Assembly (NCBI GenBank): GCA_905235515.1
Contig: CAJOLV010000005.1
Location: 6,409 to 70,408 of the forward strand
Source of the DNA: an uncultured Bacilli bacterium
Lineage (GTDB): Bacteria; Bacillota_I; Bacilli_A; RFN20; CAG-826
Direction: 5' to 3'
DNA length: 64,000 nucleotides
Below, piece by piece: positions 49,175 to 60,033 of the stretch. The notes under the pieces are model-generated. The model searched no databases, was not told the DNA's origin, and was given only the letters and a program-made list of their open reading frames with translations. Position 1 is the first letter of the stretch. Each line of letters starts with the position of its first letter. Position numbers and translations under genes: made by a program.

Positions 49175-49441
49175 CAATTATTTAAATAAATTTATAAAGA
49201 GGAAAAAATCTCACCCACAAATGAGAAAAAATAATTCAGTATTTTTGGCTAAAAAATGGGCAAAAAGCTAATCAAAATTGGGCAAAAAAACCGTATTTTT
49301 TCGCTTTATTTTTGCATTTTAGACCTATAATTCTTCACCCATTCCAAAAGAGCGTTTGTTTTATTTTTCCCGATGAAATGGAAATTATTATATCTGTAAT
49401 AATGAATCTATTAGTCAAATAGTGTTAAAAACGGATTTCAA

Positions 49442-50104
49442 TTATTTAATTTCCGTTTTCTTTTTGCTCAGATAATTGTTATAAGAATATTCACAACCAC
49501 AATATTCTTGAAAATACATTTCGTGCTCTCTCACTATTTGTAGAGATTTTTCATAGCCATTGTTTTTCTTAAAATCAGCAGGAAGCCATTTAGTCTTTTT
49601 GTGTTGTTCTTCCAGTTCATATCCAATCTTATTTAACATTTGAGAATTCTTATAGCGAGAAATACTCATAACAGTACCAAAATAATCAAAGCCATGTTCT
49701 TCAGCGTAGTCATATCCAAACGTTAATCTTTTGCGGTAACACTTAAAACATCTTTCGCCACCTTCAGGGATATCTTTAAGCGGCTCTAAATCTTTCATGT
49801 AGTTTAAGTTATCATAAGGAACTTCTAAAACCTTAATATCAGGATCAACTTCAGATAAGAATCTTTTCAACTCTTCTTTTCTGCGCTTATATTCAGCTTC
49901 AGGATAAATATTAGAGTTGTTATAAATAATGGTGATATCAAAATAATCTTTTAGTTCTTCGTGTGGAATAGTAAAGCACGGACCACAGCAAGCGTGCAAA
50001 AGTAATTTTGGTTTATTTCCGCTATTTTTCAGATTTTCAAGCAACTTTTGTAGTTCTTTTTGATAATTTATCTTATTTTCCATAAATGAACATTGAGTCT
50101 CCAA
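49442..50104 (-). CDS. queH: Epoxyqueuosine reductase QueH (DUF208)
   Basis: '[12 protein letters not shown]' and downstream 'CFKCYRKRL' Cys motifs. Confidence 0.8.
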   Translation of the reverse strand: METQCSFMENKINYQKELQKLLENLKNSGNKPKLLLHACCGPCFTIPHEELKDYFDITIIYNNSNIYPEAEYKRRKEELKRFLSEVDPDIKVLEVPYDNLNYMKDLEPLKDIPEGGERCFKCYRKRLTFGYDYAEEHGFDYFGTVMSISRYKNSQMLNKIGYELEEQHKKTKWLPADFKKNNGYEKSLQIVREHEMYFQEYCGCEYSYNNYLSKKKTEIK

Positions 50105-51103
50105 AAGAGAAAAACCTATACTTTTCTTCCACTGCGTGTTTATAGATTTCCAAAGTGAATTCTCTATCCATAAAAGCTGACACCAGCATAATCAAAGTAG
50201 ATTTTGGCAAATGGAAGTTTGTAATAAGTGCATCCACTACTTTATATTGATAGCCTGGTTCAATAAATATGTTTGTTTCTTCTTTTGTAGGTTTAAAGAA
50301 ACCATACTTAGAATAGTTAGCTTCTAATGTTCTAACTGAGGTAGTTCCGATAGCAATTATTCTTTGTTTATTAGCTTTTGCTTTATTTAATTTATCAGCA
50401 GATTCTTTTGTTATTTCATATAGTTCAGAATGCATTATGTGATCTTTTGTGTCTTGCACTTTGACAGGTCTAAATGTGCCTAAACCAATATGTAAAGTAA
50501 CATCAATTATTTCCACTCCCATTGTTTTAATCTTTTCAAATAATTCTTGTGTAAAGTGGAAACCCGCTGTTGGAGCAGCGGCGCTCCCCTCATATTTAGC
50601 GTAAACAGTTTGATATCTATCATTTGTGCATAATTGTTTAGCAATATAAGGTGGTAAAGGCATTTTACCTAATTGGTCTAATACCTCTAAAAAGATTCCT
50701 TGATAATGCATTTTAACAATACGGATACCTTCATCTTTTTCTTCTAGTACTTCCGCGATTAGTTTTCCATCACCAAAGTCCACTCGAGCCCCTACTTTTA
50801 AAGATTTGGCCGGTCTAGTTAAGCATTCCCAATTATCACCTTCCAATTGTTTTAAAAGTAATAGTTCGCAATGCGCTCCAGTCTTTTCTTTAACGCCTAG
50901 TAATCTAGCAGGAATAACTTTTGTATTATTTCTTACTAATACATCACCTGGTTTTAAATATTCAACTATGTTGAAAAAGTTCCTATCTTCATAGGTTTTA
51001 TTACCATAATTGATTGCTAAAAGACGAGAATGGTCTCTTTTATCACATGGTTTTTGAGCGATTAGCTCTTCTGGTAGATAGAAGTCAAATAAATTTATAT
51101 CCA

Positions 51104-51104
<1 letters not shown>
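50073..51104 (-). CDS. queA: S-adenosylmethionine:tRNA ribosyltransferase-isomerase
   Basis: '[14 protein letters not shown]...RDHSRLL', 343 aa. Confidence 0.9.
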
Positions 51105-53125
<2,021 letters not shown>

Positions 53126-53128
53126 AGT

Positions 53129-53713
53129 TTATAAATAATATTTCACGACTGTTAACGCCATTTGTTTATTAATAGTGGCTTCATTTTCTGGCACTCTATT
53201 TTTATCAACCGGAAGTCCTTTTCTTAATAGATATTTGGCAAAATCTTTTGTGTAGTACCAAAGTCTCATTGGAGCCTTTTCAAAATATGATTTTTCATCA
53301 AATACCCCGCAAATAGGGCCTAAATAGTATAATTTTCCATTTATTAGCTTCCACAATTCAGGATCATAATTGATAGAAAGTTTATTCTTTTTACTAAACC
53401 AATTAGCTTTAAAAATATTGATAAAATATTCATCAGATAAATCTTGTTTCATCAAGTCTTCAAGGACTGTTGAACCTTCAATATATTCACTAGCGACTAT
53501 AAGAAGATTTTTATCGTATGCATAAATCTTTGGATGAGAAATACCAGTTGCGTTAAGTTTCCACTCTGTATTCACATATTGTTCGAAGCCTTTTTTATTG
53601 TTTTCAAAATCTTTTAAGAAAAATGTTTTGCCATTACGGATTACTCGATAAGATCTTTCTCCAATCTTTTCTTCGACTTCGAATATTTTCCTTTTAATTT
53701 CAAAAAATTCCAT
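53129..53713 (-). CDS. Hypothetical protein with degenerate protein-kinase-like fold
   Basis: 'IGERSYRV...FFLKDF' (Gly-loop/Lys-like) and 'NYDPELWKLINGKLYYLGP' (HxD...DFG-like but H->N, DFG->LGP). Confidence 0.3.
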   Translation of the reverse strand: MEFFEIKRKIFEVEEKIGERSYRVIRNGKTFFLKDFENNKKGFEQYVNTEWKLNATGISHPKIYAYDKNLLIVASEYIEGSTVLEDLMKQDLSDEYFINIFKANWFSKKNKLSINYDPELWKLINGKLYYLGPICGVFDEKSYFEKAPMRLWYYTKDFAKYLLRKGLPVDKNRVPENEATINKQMALTVVKYYL

Positions 53714-53775
53714 AGCGATAATTATTATATCAATTATTTCTTTTAAAGAAATGTTTTATAAAATAAAATATGTGT

Positions 53776-54555
53776 ATGCGATTAGAATATAACTATCACA
53801 CTCATACAGTTAGATGCGGCCATGCATCAGGCACTGAAGAAGAATATATCATTAACGCCATCAAAGCTGGTTACAAAGAACTAGGCTTTTCTGACCACAT
53901 GATGATTAGAGGCTATTCTCAACCTCATATGAGAGGTGATTTTGATACTCTAAAAGATTATGTTGATGTTTTAAGACAATTAAAAGAAAAATACAAAGAT
54001 CAAATTAATATTCATATTGGTTTGGAATGCGAATATTTTCCACAAATCAAAGATTACTATAAAGAATTAGTAGACGAATTAGGAATTAAATACTTAATTA
54101 TTGGCCAACATTGCTTTATGAATGAGGAAGGTAAAATTTGTTGGGCATTTGGACTAAGTAATCTTGAAGAATGTTTGGAAAAATATACCACTCTTCTTAT
54201 AGAAGGAATGTCTACTGGATTATTTAAATATGTCTGTCATCCTGACTTGTTCTTTGTAAGAGCTAAATGTAACAATCCACTTATTGAAAAATATTCCAAA
54301 ATGATATGCGAAGCGAGTATAAAATATGATATTCCTTTAGAAATCAACTTATGTGGTGCAAGAAGAAAAATAGATTATGATGATTATTCATATCCATCAC
54401 CAATATTTTGGAAGATTGCTAGTAAATATCATGTGAAAGTAGTCATTGGTGTTGACGCTCATAATCCATTAGAAATGATTTATTCTAAAAAAGAATACGC
54501 CTTTGATATTATCAGAAGATATAATTTGAATTACATGGAGGATTATCACCTATGA
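53776..54555 (+). CDS. PHP-family phosphoesterase (HisJ/HisK histidinol-phosphatase-like)
   Basis: 'YHTHTVRCGHA', 'GFSDHMM', 'GLECEY', 'CHPD', 'GVDAHN' metal-ligand motifs. Confidence 0.8.
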   Translation: MRLEYNYHTHTVRCGHASGTEEEYIINAIKAGYKELGFSDHMMIRGYSQPHMRGDFDTLKDYVDVLRQLKEKYKDQINIHIGLECEYFPQIKDYYKELVDELGIKYLIIGQHCFMNEEGKICWAFGLSNLEECLEKYTTLLIEGMSTGLFKYVCHPDLFFVRAKCNNPLIEKYSKMICEASIKYDIPLEINLCGARRKIDYDDYSYPSPIFWKIASKYHVKVVIGVDAHNPLEMIYSKKEYAFDIIRRYNLNYMEDYHL

Positions 54556-55097
54556 AAAAGACAGTAAACAAAGATCGAATTACTTCCCTTATCACATTTC
54601 TTATTGGCGGAGCAGTTTTAATATTATTATCAAATAGCTTTGATGATTTAAGATCTCTATTAGCTTTGACATTTGGTCTACTAGCAGCTTTGACATTTAT
54701 CGGCACCATTTTAGATCCACATTGTGAAAAAGAAACTCGTATAGCATTACATATTTTAAGTGGTGCCTCGTTACTCTTTTGCATTTTTGGAATGATGATT
54801 CATGAAGATGTCCTCTCATTAGATACATATTGTTTAATCTTTGGTATATATGGAATTGTTAAAGGTGTTGTTAAGACATACGAGGCAATTAATATCTTCA
54901 GAGAAAAGAACAAAATGGCATTTCTCTTCCTTATCGATTCATTATTTGAAATTGTCATTGGTATATTAATGGTTATTGAATTATCAGCTTCATTAAGAAC
55001 ACATATGATTCTTATTGGCGGCGACGCTATTTATGAAGGCATAATTAAATTTATCAACGAAATATTAGAAGAGAAAAAAGGTTTGGTTGATGAATAG
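54552..55097 (+). CDS. Small polytopic membrane protein (4-5 TM), function unknown; start overlaps PHP stop (ATGA)
   Basis: Hydrophobic segments; translationally coupled in 3-gene operon. Confidence 0.5.
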   Translation: MKKTVNKDRITSLITFLIGGAVLILLSNSFDDLRSLLALTFGLLAALTFIGTILDPHCEKETRIALHILSGASLLFCIFGMMIHEDVLSLDTYCLIFGIYGIVKGVVKTYEAINIFREKNKMAFLFLIDSLFEIVIGILMVIELSASLRTHMILIGGDAIYEGIIKFINEILEEKKGLVDE

Positions 55098-56010
55098 AAA
55101 AATCATATTAGATTGTGACCCTGGTCATGATGATGCTTTTGCTATACTTTTAGCGGGCCAAAAAAGATACTTTGACTTACTTTTAATCACTACTGAATCT
55201 GGTAACCAAACTGTTGAAAAAACCACACAAAACGCCATTAATTTAGTGGAATTTCTGAAAATTGATGTTCCTATTACTATGGGCGAAAATCATCCATTAG
55301 TAAGAGATAAAATACTTTGTCCTGAGATTCATGGTGAGTCTGGTTTAGATGGTTTTGAATTTCCAAAATATAGCCGTAAATGTGACTCCACTAATGGAGT
55401 CCAAGCTATGATTGAAACACTCCTAACTAATGATAAAGTAACAGTGGTTACAACCGGTGCGATGACCAATCTTGCATTAGCAATTAAGAATTGTCCTGAT
55501 ATCCTAAATCATATTGAAGAAATCATCTTTATGGGTGGATCCACCAGTGACGGCAACATTACCCCGGCTGCGGAATTTAATATCCTTTGCGACCCCGATG
55601 CTTCTAATATTGTTTTATCTTGTGGTCGTCCAATTAGAATGATTGGTTTAAATATTACTCGTAGAGTTCTAGTGACTAAAGATGTTATTTCCAGAATATC
55701 GGAGATCAATAACAAAGCAAGCAAGATGTTTGTTGATTTAATGACAGTGTTTAACGCTAACCAAGCTAAAACATTTGGTCTATTGGAAGGTGGCCCATTA
55801 CATGATCCAGTCACCATTGCGTCAATGATTGATGATAATTTAATTACTTGGAAAGAAATGAATGTCTCGGTGGAATTATCTAAAGGACCTTTATACGCAA
55901 AAACATATTGCAAAAATAAAAAGTCACACAATTGCTATGTGGCTGTAGATATAGATGTTAATAGATTTTGGGATATAATCGAAGAAGGAGTTAGATATTA
56001 TTTTGAATAA
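55087..56010 (+). CDS. Inosine-uridine-preferring nucleoside hydrolase family protein
   Basis: N-terminal 'ILDCDPGHDDAFAILLA' (DxDxxxDD) motif. Confidence 0.85.
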   Translation: MMNRKIILDCDPGHDDAFAILLAGQKRYFDLLLITTESGNQTVEKTTQNAINLVEFLKIDVPITMGENHPLVRDKILCPEIHGESGLDGFEFPKYSRKCDSTNGVQAMIETLLTNDKVTVVTTGAMTNLALAIKNCPDILNHIEEIIFMGGSTSDGNITPAAEFNILCDPDASNIVLSCGRPIRMIGLNITRRVLVTKDVISRISEINNKASKMFVDLMTVFNANQAKTFGLLEGGPLHDPVTIASMIDDNLITWKEMNVSVELSKGPLYAKTYCKNKKSHNCYVAVDIDVNRFWDIIEEGVRYYFE

Positions 56011-56994
56011 TCACCCAATATCCATACCTCTTTCCGTTAGCTCTCTTAATTACTTTTTCGTTTTCTAAAGTAGCTAAGAGACTTTTTATTGTTCTTAAAG
56101 AAACGCCAACTTTCTTAGCGATATCTTCACTCTTAATACTTGGGTTATTTTTGATTAATTCCACTACTCTGTTTTTTCTATTATCTCTTGTGTTGTCTGA
56201 TTCAGATTCTTCAATAGTGTGAATATGCAAATCTCTATTACGTAATTCATTGTGTTCGTTAAGTATTAAATTTCTAAGAAATCTAATTAAATAAATTCGA
56301 TCAGCTTGAATCCCTTTAACAAAGTTATTGTAATTGGCTCTGACAAGTGAGTTTCTGAAATACCAGGAGTTTTTAGCAAATGAGTCATTAGTGACATTAA
56401 AACCTAAACTTCTTAAATACTTAATAGTAAATACTGCTGTTGTTCTAGTGTTTCCTTCTTCAAAGGCATGAATTTGCCATAAGTTAGAAATGAATACGGA
56501 AAGATGTTCGATTATTTCATCAATAGTTAATCGTTGATATCTAAATTGTCTTTCCAAATCAAAATCATATTGGAGTGTCATTTCTAATTCTCTAAAGTCA
56601 CCATAAATAACGGAAGCACCATCTAAAACCCATTCTTTTTTAGAAAAATTATATGTTCTCAATTTTCCAGCGTTTTCTAAAATACCTTCAAATAATGTTT
56701 TGTGTATCGTTACCAATTGTCCAACTGTAAATGTAAATGAATCCTCTGATAATAATTTAGCGATTCTAATAGAAACCTTATCAGCTTCTTCACTCCTAAT
56801 TTCAGCATTAGGTTTTTGTTTGTAGTATGATTCTATGATTTCATTCAATTCATCAATGCTAATTTCACCTCTGATGTATCTTTCTGATTCATTTACAAAA
56901 TATGTAGAATTCTTTAATCCATCTACATCTTGAAGACCCATACCAGTGCTAATTACATATTTATTAGTATATTTGTTTTTCATGCTTATATTAT
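55991..56994 (-). CDS. Fic/Doc-family protein with C-terminal winged-HTH domain (probable start MKNKYTNKY; track TTG start at 57025)
   Basis: Fic motif region 'IHAFEEGNTRTTA' (HxFx[DE]GN-T-RxxA, degenerate); C-term 'VELIKNNPSIKSEDIAKKVGVSLRTIKSLLATLENEKVIKRANG'. Confidence 0.75.
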
Positions 56995-57000
56995 AATATA

Positions 57001-57065
57001 AAAGCTCCCAAAGTGCAATTCCCAAAGTGCAAATTTAACAAAATTGCACTTTGGAATTATTCAAA
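57001..57065 (-). promoter_or_regulatory. Fic promoter TTGCAC(57024-29)-N17-TATAAT(57001-06)-N6-ATG (leaderless-type) embedded in three copies of CCAAAGTGCAA(A)T (57018-30, 57032-45 direct; 57054-65 inverted) forming an 11-bp hairpin
   Basis: Read directly; the hairpin may also terminate oppF. Confidence 0.55.
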
Positions 57066-57092
57066 AAAACCACGATTTCTCGTGGAATTTTG

Positions 57093-58316
57093 TTATTTGG
57101 TTTTAAGCACTTCTTTATACTTTTCAAGTTCTTCACTATTAGCGAGAACGAAGTGACCCGGAACAATCTCAGTAAGTTTTGGACCCTCTTTAGAGTAATC
57201 GTGTTCGTTACTAGGAACATAGACGAACCTCTTTCTTTCCTTTTCGCTTAATGGATCCGGCTTTGGAATCGCGGATAATAACGCTCTAGTATATGGGTGC
57301 AATGGATGAGCGAATAATTCATCACTACTTGCTAATTCAACGATATTACCAAAATACATAACCGCAATTCTATCACAGAAGTATTTAACAACTGATAAGT
57401 CGTGAGCGATAAACATAATAGTTAATCCCATTTCATCTTTTAAATTTTTTAAAAGGTTGATAATTTGGGCCCTAATTGACACGTCTAAAGCAGAAATAGG
57501 TTCGTCACAGATGAGGAAGTCTGGATTCATAATTAACGCTCTAGCGATGCCAATACGTTGTCTTTGACCACCAGAGAATTCATGTGGATATCTAGATGCA
57601 TATTCTGGAAGTAATCCAACTTTAATCAAGACATCTTTGACTTTTTGAGAATTCTCAAACTTATTATATTGACCTTGGATATGTAGGCCTTCTTGAATGA
57701 TATCTTCAACAGTCATACGTGGATCTAAGGAGTCAACAGGATCTTGGAAGATCATTTGCATCTTAGACATTAATTTCTTATCAACGTGAGCGTTGTCATA
57801 ATTATGTTGAGCAATCTTTTCTTTTTGCTCTGCAACTACTCTATCGACTTCAGCTTGAATCTCGGCGATTTGCGCATTGTATTGATCTTGAATCTTTTTA
57901 GTTTGTTCAGAGACAAATTGTTCATCACCTTGTTCGGAGCGGAACTCTCTGATTTTAGATTCCATCTCAATTTTCAATTCTTGAATCTTTTTCTTGGCCT
58001 TGAGTTTCTTCCATTTAATTTCTTTTTCATTCCATCTACTACCCGCAACAATACGATAGCCTTTGAAATAAACAGAACCAGAAGTAGCTTTATAAAGTCT
58101 AATCATGGTTCTACCAGTTGTGGTTTTACCACATCCTGATTCACCAACAACACCAAAGCATTCACCTTTTTTGATGTCAAAACTTACATCATGAACAGCT
58201 TTTGTCACAAAAGCATTCTTGCCATGACCAAACTTAAAGAATTGTTTTAAGTGTCTAACAGATACTTCGATATTTTGATCGACTAATTCAGGAAGATATG
58301 TAACAGTTCTTGCCAT
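57093..58316 (-). CDS. oppF: Oligopeptide ABC transporter ATP-binding protein OppF-type with ~90-aa coiled-coil insertion
   Basis: Walker A 'GESGCGKTT', signature 'FSGGQRQRIGIARA', 'ICDEPISALD', C-term oligopeptide-ABC tail; insertion between Walker A and Q-loop. Confidence 0.85.
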   Translation of the reverse strand: MARTVTYLPELVDQNIEVSVRHLKQFFKFGHGKNAFVTKAVHDVSFDIKKGECFGVVGESGCGKTTTGRTMIRLYKATSGSVYFKGYRIVAGSRWNEKEIKWKKLKAKKKIQELKIEMESKIREFRSEQGDEQFVSEQTKKIQDQYNAQIAEIQAEVDRVVAEQKEKIAQHNYDNAHVDKKLMSKMQMIFQDPVDSLDPRMTVEDIIQEGLHIQGQYNKFENSQKVKDVLIKVGLLPEYASRYPHEFSGGQRQRIGIARALIMNPDFLICDEPISALDVSIRAQIINLLKNLKDEMGLTIMFIAHDLSVVKYFCDRIAVMYFGNIVELASSDELFAHPLHPYTRALLSAIPKPDPLSEKERKRFVYVPSNEHDYSKEGPKLTEIVPGHFVLANSEELEKYKEVLKTK

Positions 58317-58317
58317 A

Positions 58318-60033
58318 TTACTTTTTACCTCCCTTCATCTTTGCTGCATGGGCAGCTTTAGCGGTTTCAATACGTGTCTTAACAATAGCAGGCATTTCAA
58401 CCTTAGGAGCACGTGGGTCTAATAACCATGTCGCCGCATAATGAGTATCACTCACTTTAAATAGAGGTGGCTCTTTCTTAAAATCAATCTTCATTGCGTA
58501 TTTACTACGTAACGCGAAGGCATCACCTTCTGGTGGATAAATCATATTTGGTGGAGTGCCTGGAATCGCATCTAATCTTTCTTTACTATCCACATCTGGG
58601 ATAGAAGATAATAACGCCCAAGTATATGGATGTTTTGGATCATAGAAGATTTCTTGTTCTGTACCATATTCAACAATCTTACCAGCATACATAACAGCGA
58701 CTCTATCCGCCATATTAGCGACAACGCCTAAATCATGGGTAATAAAGATACAGGAAATATGTCTTTCAGCTTTTAATCTGTTAATTAACTCTAAGATTTG
58801 AGCTTGAATTGTCACGTCTAACGCTGTGGTTGGTTCGTCACAAATAAGGACATCTGGATCCGCTGTTAAAGCAATCGCAATAACAATACGTTGTCTCATC
58901 CCACCAGAGAATTCAAATGGATATTGTTTGAATCTAGTCTCTGGATGTGGAATACCAACTTCTTCCATAATCTTTAAAGCTCTAGCTCTTGCTTCAGACT
59001 TAGTGATTCTAACTTTAGCTTGATAATTCTTCTTAGCCTCTATTGGATTAACACCATTAGCTAATTCATCTTGGTATTCTTTTTTGAACTGCTCTTTAGC
59101 TTTTTTAACTTCCACTTTTGCTACTTTATCTTTAGCGAGATAAATAGCTTTAGCTTCTGCAATTTGTGGTTTATATTGAGCTTTTAATTCTGCTTTATTA
59201 GCGGTGTGTTCCACTTTTGCTGTGGCAATTTTTTCATCAAATTCTTCGGAAATACTGCGCAATTTGGCTTTATTTTCCTCGTTTTTGATTTTTGCCTCTG
59301 CTAAAATTTGTGCTTTTTCTTCATTGAATTTAGCCTTGGCTTCAGCGAGTGCCTCTGCTCTTTGATGTTTGATTTCTTCTAATTCGCTAGCGTCATTTTC
59401 TTTGCCCGCTGCCATAGAATCAAATTTGTGTTTAATAGTGACTTTTTCTAATCCATAGTCTTGTTCTAAAGCATAGATACGACCATCAGATTCGTTCTTG
59501 GCAACATTTTTAATTCTCTCGAGTTCTTTCTTCTTTTCACTCTTTAAGAATTTAACTGCTTCTTTACCTTTATTGAGTTCACTATTTAAAGCAGTGATTG
59601 CGTTTTTATAAGCGACAAACTCTTTCGCGACAATTTCATCTCTCATCTTTTTGAGGTGGTTACCATTAAGTAACATCGCTTCAGTAATTTGTTTACCAAT
59701 TCTCATGATTGGATTTAATGATGATAATGGGTCTTGGAAAATCATTCCAATCTTATGACCTCTAATACGATGGAATTCATCTTCAGATACTTTGGTTAAA
59801 TCTTCACCTTCATACATAATTGAACCGGAAACGATACGACCGTTCGCAGCTAAAATACCCATAATAGTTTTACTGGTGACTGATTTACCAGAACCAGATT
59901 CACCAACGATACATAATGTTTCGCCTTTGTATAAATCAAAGGAAACACCTCTAACGGCTTGGACATAACCATGGTCTGTGGAGAAGTTCACTCTTAAATC
60001 CTTAACGGATAAAACAATTTCTTTATTTTCCAT
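58318..60033 (-). CDS. oppD: Oligopeptide ABC transporter ATP-binding protein OppD-type with ~250-aa Lys/Ala/Glu-rich coiled-coil insertion
   Basis: Walker A 'GESGSGKSV', 'FSGGMRQRIVIAIAL', 'LICDEPTTALD'; long insertion 'KAEALAEAKAKFNEEKAQILAEAKIK...'. Confidence 0.85.
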   Translation of the reverse strand: MENKEIVLSVKDLRVNFSTDHGYVQAVRGVSFDLYKGETLCIVGESGSGKSVTSKTIMGILAANGRIVSGSIMYEGEDLTKVSEDEFHRIRGHKIGMIFQDPLSSLNPIMRIGKQITEAMLLNGNHLKKMRDEIVAKEFVAYKNAITALNSELNKGKEAVKFLKSEKKKELERIKNVAKNESDGRIYALEQDYGLEKVTIKHKFDSMAAGKENDASELEEIKHQRAEALAEAKAKFNEEKAQILAEAKIKNEENKAKLRSISEEFDEKIATAKVEHTANKAELKAQYKPQIAEAKAIYLAKDKVAKVEVKKAKEQFKKEYQDELANGVNPIEAKKNYQAKVRITKSEARARALKIMEEVGIPHPETRFKQYPFEFSGGMRQRIVIAIALTADPDVLICDEPTTALDVTIQAQILELINRLKAERHISCIFITHDLGVVANMADRVAVMYAGKIVEYGTEQEIFYDPKHPYTWALLSSIPDVDSKERLDAIPGTPPNMIYPPEGDAFALRSKYAMKIDFKKEPPLFKVSDTHYAATWLLDPRAPKVEMPAIVKTRIETAKAAHAAKMKGGKK

